A DNA stretch of 63,266 nt, the filler included, from Craspedostauros australis (lineage: Eukaryota), in NCBI GenBank assembly GCA_030167865.1. It is 7 parts of 7 records of this genome, joined end to end, with 100 filler letters (N's around TTAATTAATTAA, not from the genome) between each part and the next. Parts side by side here need not be neighbours in the genome. Positions count along the whole stretch, not along the records: positions 25,738 to 57,724 come from JALAGF010001686.1; 6 more parts are not named here. One strand, given 5' to 3'. Both the position numbers and the translations under genes were made by a program. The notes below the pieces were generated by a model that did no database searches, was not told the DNA's origin, and saw only the letters and a list, made by a program, of their open reading frames with translations. Positions within the stretch are counted from its first letter, which is position 1. Each line of letters begins with the position of its first letter. This document shows positions 32,123 to 43,385 of this stretch, in pieces.

Positions 32123-35100
32123 ATGGATCCAACGCTGGACGCTTGTGCGGTTGCCAACGCGCCACCGGTGCCACCCGCTCTCTCCTCTCATCCCTACGCT
32201 TCTCCAAGCATCACTGGCAAGCACCACTGTCCAAGCCATAGCCAGAATCAAGACAATGGCCAAGACAATGGCCAAGATGGTGACCAAGACAACAAACAAA
32301 ACGAAGAGAAACAGCCACGCACGTTCCACCAAGAGCGAGCAAGACGACTGAGCCCGCGACAGCTGCTGTCGACGCAGTGCGACGACGTCCTGTCCACACC
32401 ATCTTCGTTGACGACCCCGCCAGCCATGCCCACTCGCAAGGAGAGCGGAGGCGATGTGGATAGCGCCGCCCCACCTGCGCCTCCGTACATGCTGGACACG
32501 CCTTCGTCGCACGGCCATTCCATCAGCGACAGCACGTGGCAGCATCCTCCCAGCCTGGCGGATTACTCTCCGTTCTCCGAAGTCGCTTCGCCTGCGTCGT
32601 TTCCCACGCCGCGTGTGGATCGCAGAAGTCTGCGGCATGTCATGCTTGCGCCGGATGATGATGCCGACGATCGTGGCGGTGGCTTCTTGCTCGAGGAGGA
32701 CAGCGTGCCGCTTCGTTCCTTTGTGAGTAGCAGTCACGGCAGTCACAGCCACAGCAGTACTGACAACGATGGCAACGATGGCAAGCACGACGACAACGAT
32801 GACAAGCATGACAACACCACCGATCCATCGTCCATGGCAACGTCCGCAATCGCGGCAACGCCCGTTGCAACCAACAAATCCAACCTCGCCGGCCGTTGGA
32901 AGCAGGTGGCCGACGACCTGGCCCGAGACCCACCCAGCGAGGTCGCAACCCTGGCCTCCATCAGCGATGCACCACCGCCTCCGCCACCATCTCAGCCGGT
33001 CACGACATCCAAGTACACGCCCTCGTCTCAGCGCAAGACTGTTGCTTCCAACAATAGCAGCAACAACAACAGCAGCAGCGACCAGCAACACAACGCTGCC
33101 ATGCGTCAGGAGAAGCTGAGAATCGCCCACGGGGCCTTGACGGGCACGAGGATGCATCGTCGTCACACCAGCGTCAGCACTGCCAGCAAGAACACGCAAA
33201 GCGAGGGCATGGCCACGAAGCAAAGCAGTCTCATGACAGGCACCACCAACACCACCGTCATTCGTCGCAACGCCAAGAGCATCGCCACCACGCCCATCAC
33301 CAGCGCGATTCCCACTGACTTGCTTCCCACTCATACCCATACTCACACTACTCCTCCTGCTGATGGACAACAGCAGAACCGCAATGGTCAGCCCATGGCC
33401 CACAATGCCCCGCCGCCCATGATGATGACGCACGACCCCCTCAACGACGCCGTCGGCACCTTCACCATCACTCCGCGACGTCCCACCACCAACCCGGTCT
33501 ACGTCACCACCACCTCCCTATCGCGCCAGACCAGCGTCAACAGCGGCATAACCTTGGACAGCAGCTTCCTGCGCGACGGCACCCTGCACGCAACGCCGCA
33601 GAGGAATCGCGGCAAACCAAGGCAGATGGGACGCCCAGGACCGTCCGGTGGATCGCGTGGCATGCGCCGCGCATCGCACCAGGTTGCCGCATCTCACGGC
33701 GATGTTATGGGCGGTCCGGAGATCACTCGACCGACGTCCGACCGCAATCTCAATCGTCTCATCGATCCCGTCGCGCCGCCATCCATCTCCATGGCCAATC
33801 CCCCGGCCGTCGTGCGCACGAGCTTGGTTGCCGACAGACGCCCGGCGGCATACAATTCCGCGCAACAGAAACCGCCGCCAAGGTCCAGCGATGACAAGAG
33901 GGATTATCGAGCACCCGCCATGCCGCCTCCGTCTCGATCCTTGTTCGCGGCATCCAGCAGCGCGCGTAATGCGGGAGGCAGACCGTCGGATCAGAAGGCC
34001 GCGTATCGGAAGAATCCATCCGTCGGACGGCTGCCGAAGCAACCTCCCTCTACCATGTCGTCGCCCAACCGCGATGCCCAGCGCAGGACCCAGCCGGTGA
34101 GTCGTCCATCGGATAGCAAGCACTCCTTTCGAAGGAATCCCTCCATCGGGATGGCACCCATGCCACCCTCCATGTCTCCGGCTCTATCAACGATGCGCAA
34201 GACTCCCGCGCAACATGCGACGCGTCCCTCAGACGCCAAAGCGGCGTATCGGCACAATCCATCGGCTGGCATGGTTCCCACAGCCAAGATACCGCCGCGG
34301 CAATCATCGCAATCGCCTGCTCGTCGACAACCAAGACCGTCCGATGACAAGTCAGCCTACCGGTCCAATCCATCCGCGGGCATGGTTGCCGCCAAGCCAT
34401 CGCCATATTCTGCGCACAAGAAGCCGCCGCCGATCATGACGGCAAGCATCGGCCGTCCATTGCCCGAAGGCACCAAACCCAGCCCGCCCAGCAACACCAA
34501 GTCCGATCACAGCAACAGCAGCGCGCTCTGGCGACAGCCGTCGTTGGGAGTCCAGGTCTCCGTTGGCCGCGGCAGCAATGCGCTGCGTTCGCGGAATCTC
34601 GCAACGTCGCACAATCTGCTCGTGCGCCAACCCAGCTCCAACACTCTCGACAGTGGTCTGGATCTGGACGACGATGTCCGAGACACAATCTTTGCACGAT
34701 CCTCGCCACGTCGCATGGTGCGCGGCATCGACCGCGCGACGAGCCAATCGTCGTCCAAGTCCATCGTCAGCGACGACGACGAGGTCGCCAGCCTCATGGA
34801 AAGCACCATCGGTGCGGATCGCGTCGCCTCCTTCCCCACCAACGATGAGAAGGCGGCCTACCGCACCAGCAGGATGCCCGCACGACCGCCGACCTTGAGA
34901 CGATCCTACAGTGGCAGCACGGCCAACAGCGGCATGGAACTCACGGATCATCTTCGCAACACCATCGTCCAACGATCCCATGCCGCTGCGATGGCCCGCA
35001 GACAGGTCAGCGTGGACGCCCTGCGCCAATCCTTGACTGCGACGTCGTCCGATTCCGCGTCGGTCATAGATGACATCACGATGACGCGCCACAGCGACCA

Positions 35101-37027
35101 GGAAGACGCCGATCGCAACGCGAAGCTCGCGGCCTCGATGGACTATCCACGACGATCGCGGCGCGGGCGCAATCTCATGGCGTTGGAAGATCAGGTCGCC
35201 ATGAAGATCTCCGGCCGCAACGTCGCCACCTTGCAGGAAGCCGATGCAACCTCGGAGGGCGCGGCGTCCAGCTCCAATCTCTCCACGACGGCGAGGCCGA
35301 CCGCCACCGAATTCCGGCAAGGTGCCGTTGCGAGCGAGGATCAGCTCATCAACCTCGAAGCGCAGGCCGGTGTACCCGTGGTCCTTCCGGGCGCATTCGC
35401 CATCGACGGAGTGGACTCGAATGGTGCCAACCAGGCCGGCTACGATTCCGCATTCGAAGACAGCAGCGCCGACGACGCGTCCGCTGCTCCACAAGATCAG
35501 CCAGAAGACGCTGCGGCCGAGGAGGCTGAAGTGCCGGCAGTAGTCCCCGTCGATCATACACCCCTTGAGGCACAGCTGTACGAAGGCGAGGGGGATGTGG
35601 ATGCCGTCGACGCGGAGGTCTTTTCGGAGGCGGAAGAACTGGAGAAGAGCCGAAGGGTGCGACGCAAGCAGCGATGCATCCTTCTGTGTTGCATCATCGT
35701 CTTCACCAGCGTGATCCTGGGCGCGACGATGGGCCTGTTGCTGTCGCGTGACGGTGGCGGGCAGGCGGCAACGGGCATCGGTGGTTGCCCCGTCATCGAT
35801 GGATGGGCCCCAGCCGGTGGCACCATCGTCGGGCCGACGGATGATGACGGAATCCTGTTCGGTTTCTCGGTGGCCATGAACGGCAACGGCAATCGGATCG
35901 CCGTCGGGCTTCCCGGCCTTGACGGTGAAGGCGATGCGATGATGACGAAGGTGGGAGCTGTCAGGATCCTCGACTACAACGGTACGACCTGGTCCACGGT
36001 GGGAACCCTGAAGGGCCCAGGAAGGGATGCGCAAGCAGGGACCGTCGTGTCCATGTCCACCGACGGGACTGTCGTTGCTGTTGGGTCGCCCACGTTCGAT
36101 GGAAACGGCCAAGTAGAAATCTTCCAGCAATCGTCGACAGAAAGTGCCGGGGCGGCAGCTTCCTGGACTTCAATTGCTGTGTTGAATTCGACTCTCCCCG
36201 ATCTCTCCGACGGTCGATTCGGTGGGGCTGTCTCCCTTTCCGCCGACGGCAACGTGGTGGCAGTGGGTGATCGCAACACAGGCGAGAACACGGGATCCGT
36301 CCAGGTCTTCGAACGAGATCAGCAGGGCGAATGGATCAAGCTGGGGGGCGAGATCCTCGGCGAACAACCGTCGGATTTGTTCGGTTGGGTGGTGTCGTTG
36401 TCCAGCGATGGGCGGCGCTTGATGGCGACGGCTCGAGGTGCGGGTGGTTTCGCAGGAGCTGTCCGAGTCTACGATCTCATCGACGACGCTTGGGTGAGCA
36501 CTTTCAACGTGGAAAGCACGCAATCCAGGGAGAACCTTGGGAGTGCGTTGAGCTTCAGCTCGGATGGTCGCACGTTGGCGATTGGCTCGGAAGGATACAA
36601 CCGCGATGAGAACGATGTCGGGGTAGGCCGTGCTGTCATCTACAGGCAAGTCGACGGAGGAGATGCATGGCAGCGGCTGGGAGGCGACATCGTGGGTCAG
36701 AATGCCTTCGATTCGTTCGGCGCGGCGCTGGCGTTGTCGGACGATGGCAACGTTTTGGCAATCGGCGCGCCGGAACACGGTACGTGCGATGGCGACAGCA
36801 GCGGCAGCATTTCTGTCTACACCTTCGAAGGAACGGATTGGCAGCAAACAGGATCTTCGTTGAGCAACATCGAACCGGCCGAAGGCGCCGAGTACGGCTT
36901 CGCAGTTGCCATGTCGGCCGACGGAAGGCGCGTTGTCGGCGGCGCTCCGTTGACGACGTTCAATGGCATCTTGGGCGATGTCGGTCTGGTGCAGGCTTTT
37001 TCCTTGGTCGACGTTCAGATTGAGTGA
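32123..37027 (+). CDS. Large single-pass type II membrane protein with a disordered cytoplasmic N-terminus and a C-terminal FG-GAP (integrin-alpha-like) beta-propeller
   Basis: Intronless ORF of ~1630 aa. PGAFAI motif, then RRVRRKQR and a TM helix (~35675-35746), then seven blades such as FGFSVAMNGNGNRIAVGLP, FGGAVSLSADGNVVAVGDR, FGAALALSDDGNVLAIGAP and YGFAVAMSADGRRVVGGAP. Confidence 0.85.
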   Translation: MDPTLDACAVANAPPVPPALSSHPYASPSITGKHHCPSHSQNQDNGQDNGQDGDQDNKQNEEKQPRTFHQERARRLSPRQLLSTQCDDVLSTPSSLTTPPAMPTRKESGGDVDSAAPPAPPYMLDTPSSHGHSISDSTWQHPPSLADYSPFSEVASPASFPTPRVDRRSLRHVMLAPDDDADDRGGGFLLEEDSVPLRSFVSSSHGSHSHSSTDNDGNDGKHDDNDDKHDNTTDPSSMATSAIAATPVATNKSNLAGRWKQVADDLARDPPSEVATLASISDAPPPPPPSQPVTTSKYTPSSQRKTVASNNSSNNNSSSDQQHNAAMRQEKLRIAHGALTGTRMHRRHTSVSTASKNTQSEGMATKQSSLMTGTTNTTVIRRNAKSIATTPITSAIPTDLLPTHTHTHTTPPADGQQQNRNGQPMAHNAPPPMMMTHDPLNDAVGTFTITPRRPTTNPVYVTTTSLSRQTSVNSGITLDSSFLRDGTLHATPQRNRGKPRQMGRPGPSGGSRGMRRASHQVAASHGDVMGGPEITRPTSDRNLNRLIDPVAPPSISMANPPAVVRTSLVADRRPAAYNSAQQKPPPRSSDDKRDYRAPAMPPPSRSLFAASSSARNAGGRPSDQKAAYRKNPSVGRLPKQPPSTMSSPNRDAQRRTQPVSRPSDSKHSFRRNPSIGMAPMPPSMSPALSTMRKTPAQHATRPSDAKAAYRHNPSAGMVPTAKIPPRQSSQSPARRQPRPSDDKSAYRSNPSAGMVAAKPSPYSAHKKPPPIMTASIGRPLPEGTKPSPPSNTKSDHSNSSALWRQPSLGVQVSVGRGSNALRSRNLATSHNLLVRQPSSNTLDSGLDLDDDVRDTIFARSSPRRMVRGIDRATSQSSSKSIVSDDDEVASLMESTIGADRVASFPTNDEKAAYRTSRMPARPPTLRRSYSGSTANSGMELTDHLRNTIVQRSHAAAMARRQVSVDALRQSLTATSSDSASVIDDITMTRHSDQEDADRNAKLAASMDYPRRSRRGRNLMALEDQVAMKISGRNVATLQEADATSEGAASSSNLSTTARPTATEFRQGAVASEDQLINLEAQAGVPVVLPGAFAIDGVDSNGANQAGYDSAFEDSSADDASAAPQDQPEDAAAEEAEVPAVVPVDHTPLEAQLYEGEGDVDAVDAEVFSEAEELEKSRRVRRKQRCILLCCIIVFTSVILGATMGLLLSRDGGGQAATGIGGCPVIDGWAPAGGTIVGPTDDDGILFGFSVAMNGNGNRIAVGLPGLDGEGDAMMTKVGAVRILDYNGTTWSTVGTLKGPGRDAQAGTVVSMSTDGTVVAVGSPTFDGNGQVEIFQQSSTESAGAAASWTSIAVLNSTLPDLSDGRFGGAVSLSADGNVVAVGDRNTGENTGSVQVFERDQQGEWIKLGGEILGEQPSDLFGWVVSLSSDGRRLMATARGAGGFAGAVRVYDLIDDAWVSTFNVESTQSRENLGSALSFSSDGRTLAIGSEGYNRDENDVGVGRAVIYRQVDGGDAWQRLGGDIVGQNAFDSFGAALALSDDGNVLAIGAPEHGTCDGDSSGSISVYTFEGTDWQQTGSSLSNIEPAEGAEYGFAVAMSADGRRVVGGAPLTTFNGILGDVGLVQAFSLVDVQIE

Positions 37028-37422
37028 TTTGGGTATGCACGCGAGACGAGGTCTTGCTACGAGTACTTTGCAATCGACTCGATTTGGATTGGATGTGCAT
37101 TGGGTGTTCACCATCCTTTCATGGCGCAGCGGCGACATGTTCCGCATTCACGATGTATTCGTCTGGTACTGCACTATTGCTTCTCTTAACTCATATAATA
37201 CTCGTAACAATTGAAGTCTCATACGCAAACGAGGAGAGAGTATGTAGAACGGCGCAACGAAGAAGAATGACTTGAGATAGACTTTTGCTGCTTGCGATTC
37301 ACTCATGTGACTATCTGTATGGCGCTTGCGATTGTGATTACGAGTAGCTCGTACTTACTCGTATCCGCACGTATTCCTATCGTATCCTTGTGCGATATTT
37401 GCAGCACACGACAGCATTGCCT

Positions 37423-39258
37423 CTATCGACTCCTCTTGGACTTCTTGCCCTTCTTGTTCTTTTTCACCAATGGGATCGCCTTGAATGACTTGTCCGTCGT
37501 ATCCTCCTTGGAGAGACCTTGGTATCGACCGTTCTGTCCGGACAGGCCGAACTTCTTCTGCTGCATGATCTTGGGCAGCTTGCTCTTATCGAGCTTGTCA
37601 TCGCCGGTGACCGCCCTGGCGTACTCCGAGGACTTGTGACGCACGTCGTCCTTGTCCCATTCGGTGTCGTCCATGAAGAAGGCACCCTTGTGATAGTAGC
37701 GTTGCGAGGTGGACTTGCCATCCTGGTTCATTTCGCGGCTGGAGCCCGGCTTTTGATACCGCCCGGACTTCATGTCCTCCTGCAGAGCTTCCTCGTCAGT
37801 CATCTTCTTCCTGCGTTCGTATTCGGCACGTTCGCGTTCCTTCTTCAGTTGCTCGTCGATGGCGGCCATCAATCGTCGCAGTTCGCGGATCTTCCATTCC
37901 TCCTCCGCCTTGTCTTCGTCGACGTCATCATCGTCGTTGGGTGGTGCGTTGGTGGCACCGCCACCTTCGTTGTCATCACTATCATCATCGTCGTCCGCAG
38001 CATTGGCAGCTTCGCTGATTTGTTGCGCCACGAGGGCACGCGATTGCATGCGGCGCTTCTTTTCCTTCTCCTTCTTCTTTTGGATCTTGGCTTCCTCGTC
38101 TTCGGCAACCTTGGATTCGGATTGGACGAGGTTGCGCCGGTTGCGCGGGATGAAGACAGGTTTTGCCATGACGTGTTCATCTTCGGACGATGATGATGAG
38201 GAGGAGCTGCTGTCACTGTCAGAGCCAGAAGATGATGAGTCCGAATCAGAGTCGCTGGATGATGATGACGACGATGACGATGAACCGGAGTCCGAACCGG
38301 AACCATCTTTCTTGGGTGTTGGGTGTTTCCGGCGTCTGGTCTTTTCCTCCTGTTCCTTGGCATCACTATCATTCCCACTCCCGCTGTCGCTGCCACTGCC
38401 ATCATCTCGCTTTGCCTTGCTGACGACCTTGCTCGACTTCTTCGTCACGGCAGCCTTCACAGGTTCCTTCATAGGTCCCTTCACCTTGCTTTCGGGTTCC
38501 TGCCTCCTCTTGACCACGACGGCCGGTTCATTGCGACGTCGTCTTGCGAGAAGACGCTTGCGACGTTCACGTTCACCATCACTGCTGTCATCGCTGTCGC
38601 TACCGTCACTGCCGCTGCCGTCGGACTGTTCTGCTTCGTTGCGACCACGATTGCGTTGACGTCTCCGTCTGCGCCGACGCACGCTGGCATCGCTGCCGTC
38701 GCTGCTGCTACCATCATCCGACGAGGATGATGACGAGGACGCGGCAGAAGAGGAGTCCGAATCATCCTTGCGCTGGTCCTTCTTGGATCTGCGTTGCAGA
38801 ACGACAGGCGCTGCCTTCTTGCGATTGTGCTTGGCTTTCGAAACGAACTTGACATCGTTGTCATCGGCATCGTCATCGCCGCTGCCATCCTCATCATGAT
38901 CATCGTCGCGATCATCGTCGTCACGACGTCGCCCAAACGCCTTGCTGCTGCCGCCTTTCTTTCTGTTCTGCGATATATCCAATTCTTCCACCAGGAGCTT
39001 GTGATGCGCCATGGACTTCTTGGTTCTGTACCTTGACTGCTTGGACGTGTCGGCCGCGTTCTTCTCCGCCAGCATGGTCGCGGCCTCGGCTGCCGTCATC
39101 TTCGACAGATCGGCCTCAGCCTTGGGATTCTTCTTGCGCTTGCTGTTGGCATTGCGTTGCGGGGCCACCGTCGGACGGAAGACGGCGGACTGAGCATGCT
39201 CATCCTCGCCGCCCAGCAGGGCGTTCATATCGTCACGTCCGAAACCTGATCGCGCCAT
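37423..39258 (-). CDS. MFAP1: MFAP1-like spliceosomal B-complex protein
   Basis: KPVFIPRNRR, EEWKIRELRRL, ER.EYERR..MTDEE, QRYYHKGAFFMD, DKSKLPKIMQ.KKFG..G..RY..L..EDTT, after a long S/D/R-rich N-terminus. Confidence 0.9.
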   Translation of the reverse strand: MARSGFGRDDMNALLGGEDEHAQSAVFRPTVAPQRNANSKRKKNPKAEADLSKMTAAEAATMLAEKNAADTSKQSRYRTKKSMAHHKLLVEELDISQNRKKGGSSKAFGRRRDDDDRDDDHDEDGSGDDDADDNDVKFVSKAKHNRKKAAPVVLQRRSKKDQRKDDSDSSSAASSSSSSSDDGSSSDGSDASVRRRRRRRQRNRGRNEAEQSDGSGSDGSDSDDSSDGERERRKRLLARRRRNEPAVVVKRRQEPESKVKGPMKEPVKAAVTKKSSKVVSKAKRDDGSGSDSGSGNDSDAKEQEEKTRRRKHPTPKKDGSGSDSGSSSSSSSSSSDSDSDSSSSGSDSDSSSSSSSSSEDEHVMAKPVFIPRNRRNLVQSESKVAEDEEAKIQKKKEKEKKRRMQSRALVAQQISEAANAADDDDDSDDNEGGGATNAPPNDDDDVDEDKAEEEWKIRELRRLMAAIDEQLKKERERAEYERRKKMTDEEALQEDMKSGRYQKPGSSREMNQDGKSTSQRYYHKGAFFMDDTEWDKDDVRHKSSEYARAVTGDDKLDKSKLPKIMQQKKFGLSGQNGRYQGLSKEDTTDKSFKAIPLVKKNKKGKKSKRSR

Positions 39259-40255
39259 GTTGGATGATGGATCTCCGTTCTGCTAGAATGGTATGGTCCT
39301 GTGGTTGCGCACCTGGAAGGGTGGGATCTGTGGTGTCTGTGGAGACTTCGAACCGTGTCAAGATGTGTGATGTGTGCACACCTCTTGTCGTCATGGCGTT
39401 TCTCGTCTGGATCTCACTGACGAGATGAGAGACACAAGGGCGGAGACTCGTGCAGCGAAAAATGAGTGGATGAAAGATCGGAGAGCGGTTGGAGTCGTAT
39501 CAATCAAACAGTGGAGGTGGATGGAACACGACTCATATTCAGCGTGACTGGGAATTGATACCGTGGAACTCTTCAACGTTCTTTGCGAAGATGCACAATG
39601 CGGTTTGGTGTGAAAACGAAGCGCACCAGAACAGTCATTGCTGAAATTGATAAAGTTACCCTCATTTTGACGAAACGGTGGAAGCACATGTTATGAAAAA
39701 TGTGAGTGTGGATGTCGCCAACCCGCGCAATCGTGCTGAAATGACAAGAACCCTCATTGGCAGAATCCTTTCTATGATGACGTGTACATACATATTTTAT
39801 TCAAAGGCTAATATAATTAATGAATGCTCCATTCTTGAGAAATCCGTATATCTTGTGTATTCAGGCGTGAATACCTTGTATTGCCATCTACGCTCATCCT
39901 TAAAAAGTTTCAGCGAGCCATGCCCCTAAATCTAGCCGTTAGCGAATGTGTGTCGTACCTCGCGAAGATGCCTGCGTTGTTACAGCTTGTGCTGTTGTTG
40001 AGGATACGGCGCGGCGCGAAGTTGGCAAGACTGTCTGTGTGTGGAAGAGTAGAGCACGGAGTTGTGCAGCACAGCGAGGACGCAACACAGAGAGAGACGG
40101 CGATAGAGTACAGAACTGAGCATTGAGGTGTCCGAAACGGAACTGGTCGCTGGCTTTGCTGAAACATCAACCAACCAACCAAACCAATCACCCTTGCATG
40201 GAAGGACACAACAAAACTTAGACAAGCGAAGTTACATCTTCATCCAACAGCAACC

Positions 40256-42649
40256 ATGTAAGGATCAACCGCCACCATCGCGACGATGGCAAGGGCAATG
40301 ACGACGATGTCGATGTCGATTCAGCAGCAGTGCTGATGTGGCGGGCGCAATGATGGCAATGACAGAAGTTGCGGCTTGCCGTTTGCAGCGGCAGAATCCG
40401 CTGCGAACGCATCTGTATTGTTCACATGGAGCGACCTCCATGCACTACAAATGCGGATGGGTGGTCAGCACGGAGAGACGGTCAAGGTCACACTGCGCAA
40501 TCCAAACCACCAAGCAATGGCATTGATTCAACGCATGACGATGGCTTCATTTGGATTGCGTCAAGCTGCGGGCGCTTCCATGCAACCCCAATCTTCATTG
40601 ACACGTTTCACAATTCCTGTTTCAAGACGATTTAGACTGACACCATGCATTCTCTTCTGTTGCTTCTGTTCTGAATTCTATTTTGCACACGGTGCCACCA
40701 TCCTTCGCATCCGTTGATGGTGAAACGCAACCGCAATTGTATCGATGATGATGATGATGATGATGGCAATAACAACATCAACCCAATGCGCAACGTATCC
40801 ACACGGAACTTCAATCACAGGGTTTCATTCAGACGCAAGAAGAAGGAGGAGAAGTCGGCCCCAAAGGCCGAGAAGAAGGCCACACCAAAGGAGGAGAAGG
40901 TACGTGAGGATACGGAGGAACAAGTTTTGGGCGACGACATCCGATCTATCCGTTGATCGACAACCATGCTCGTTGAATTCGCTCACATTCGTTCTTCTTC
41001 CTTCACTCATCGCTCGGAACAAACGCACTCTCACTCCACCACACATTCTGCTTGACCAACAACACTTTGTGAATTGACTCGAACAGGCACCTGCTCCAAA
41101 GGCCGCTCCAGCCAAGCCACCGACACTCGATGACATCCCAGACCTCATCGAGACCATGCTCAGCGCCGAGGGTGAGAAGAGCGCCGCCGCCACCAAGCGC
41201 ATCTACGAGCTTTGCGATGTCGGCCACAAGCAGAACCGTGTCCCAATGGTCTGCTCTGGCAAGTACGACGTCCTTACTCCGCTCGCACAATGCTTGACAC
41301 AGGAATCCGGTGACGGACGCCACCTTGCCTGCCTCGCGTTGAATAACTTGTCGATCCCTACAGAGAACAAGCGCGTCATGGCTCTGGGACCAGCCTCCAA
41401 GAACGTCATCGGAGGACTGTGCAAGGTCATCGCCGAGGACAAGCAGGAGTCCTACTTGTGCTGCATCTGCCTCATGAACCTGTCCTTCCTCGAGGCCAGC
41501 ATCACCAGCATCCTTCAGCACTCACCATCTGCATCGGGCAAGAACCTGGCGCCGCTCGAAAACCCTGAGTCCCTCCTCCGCGTCCTCGAGAAGCTCCTCA
41601 CCAACTCCCCAGCCGCCGCCAAGGCGAGCTCCGGCAAGTCCGAGGGTGTGCGATGGGCATGCGGCCTCATCAAGAACCTCGCCAAGAGCGAGGAGAACGC
41701 CGCCCTCATCGGAAAGACCGAGATTCCAAAGTGCGTCGTCGAGAACATCCGTTCCACCACCGCTCCACCATCCCGATGGACCTCCAACAGCCTCGAGGAC
41801 TTCTCCCTCTTCGTCATCCTCAACCTCGCGCAGTGGCCAGTCTCCCGCGAGGCTCTCATGGACGCTGGTGCCGTCGATGTCATCCAGCCCATCATGGGAG
41901 AGGGTGACCTCCAGGGATTGAAGGCCACCATGGCCTGCGCCTTCCTCGGCGCCCCATGGTCCTCTTTCCCAGACGGTGGCAACCCAGCCGCCAAGTCCGT
42001 GTCCGAGCTCATGACCAACATCGTCGAGAAGAAGGGCCGCGATGGGCAGTACGCCTACGGTGTCTTCAAGCTCTACACCGCCACCAAGGCCTACGCCGAT
42101 CTCTCCAGGGCAGCCTCCGCCGCCGACAAGAACTCTGGCGGAGAGGCCAACACCAAGGTCCTTGCTGCTCCATCCGCCATCGCCCTCAACCTCCAGATCG
42201 TGTCTGACCTCGTCCTCTCTGCCATGGACGACGCTGAGGGCAGCTCCAAGTACGTCCCAGATGCCATGTCTGCCGAGCACGCCGTCGGTGCCGTCGAGGC
42301 CATGATCCCAGCCGTTCTCCAGGAAGGCGACCCACCGCGCAAGTCCCTCCAATCCGAGAAGGCATGCAGCGAGATCAGCCAGATGCTTCTGACATATGCT
42401 GACATCTCCGGCACCTCCGACGAGGCCAAGTCCTCCGCACGCAACGCCGCAGAGCAGATCAAGGCCGCCGCCACCACGGCACGACCAGTTCTGGAAATCT
42501 CCCACGATCTGTGGACGCAATACCGCAAGCGCGAGGGGCAGCCAATGGATCAGTTCGTTTCGCAGGACAAGGGAATCGAGGTCGACGAGAGCGGACCACT
42601 CGACTTCCTGCCATGCGCCAACTCCGATGGCAGCTGCATCATCCTCTAA
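40256..42649 (+). CDS. ARM-repeat-like protein with C-terminal CaaX box (exons 40256-40257, 40821-40899, 41087-42649)
   Basis: ARM-like helices RHLACLALNNLSIPTENKRVM, VRWACGLIKNLAKSEENAALI, SLFVILNLA; ends CANSDGSCIIL*. Strong C-ending codon bias. Introns GTAAGG..CAG (40258-40820) and GTACGT..CAG (40900-41086) give MVSFRRKKKEEK...KEEK-APAPKAAP. Confidence 0.82.
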
Positions 42650-43385
42650 ACTACGTATTTGGCGCATCCACAACAACAGCAACAACCCTTCCAATGCAAC
42701 CATACTCTCTGCCGTGCGACGTGTTATTGCAGCAAGGCTCGTGCTTGCGTGCTCTGGGACATCATACGGAAAGCGCTGCAAACGGGTGTACACAAATTCT
42801 CTCCTCTCTCCGGATCTCCACGTATTTGCGCGATGGAAGGAAGAACGCGGTGAATATTAACCTGATGAAGAACGCAGCATGAAAAAGGCAACACAAGTAG
42901 CCACACAGACGCAAGCAAACAAGCAACCAAATGACCGACGAGCAAAATGAAAAGAAGCCACTCATCCATGTATCTGTTTAGCAAAACAACACTTTAACTA
43001 TTCTGCTCTCCAACGTTGTGTGTACATGATGTGAGTGTATGTATGTGCAATGACAAGGATTCGGATCGGTGCGCGAATTTGCGAGCATTCGGATGGGATG
43101 CGGTTGCGGAAAGCGAGAGATGGCGAGCGAAAATTGCGCTTATTCCGTGACTCAGAATCCGAATGGGACTGAAACGCACACGTCGACTTTCGCAGACGTA
43201 TCCAACAACAACGAGAACCGGTTCGATGGCGTTGCTTCCGCAAGCACAACAAGCAGAAGACGAAGAATTGTTTGTGGTGTGGAGTCTTCCACTTCTCACT
43301 TGGGCTTGCGCTTCCACTTGTCGCTTCCACTTCTGTGCCATACTCAGATGCGGACACATTGTATTGTCATACAGGAACCTGCATC

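Noticed and set aside
32078..36130. 451-aa and 592-aa minus-strand ORFs
   Set aside because: Antisense shadows of the GC-rich FG-GAP gene.
37772..38659. Ser-rich 295-aa plus-strand ORF
   Set aside because: Antisense shadow of the MFAP1 low-complexity region.
41522..42793. 423-aa minus-strand ORF
   Set aside because: Antisense shadow of the codon-biased ARM gene.
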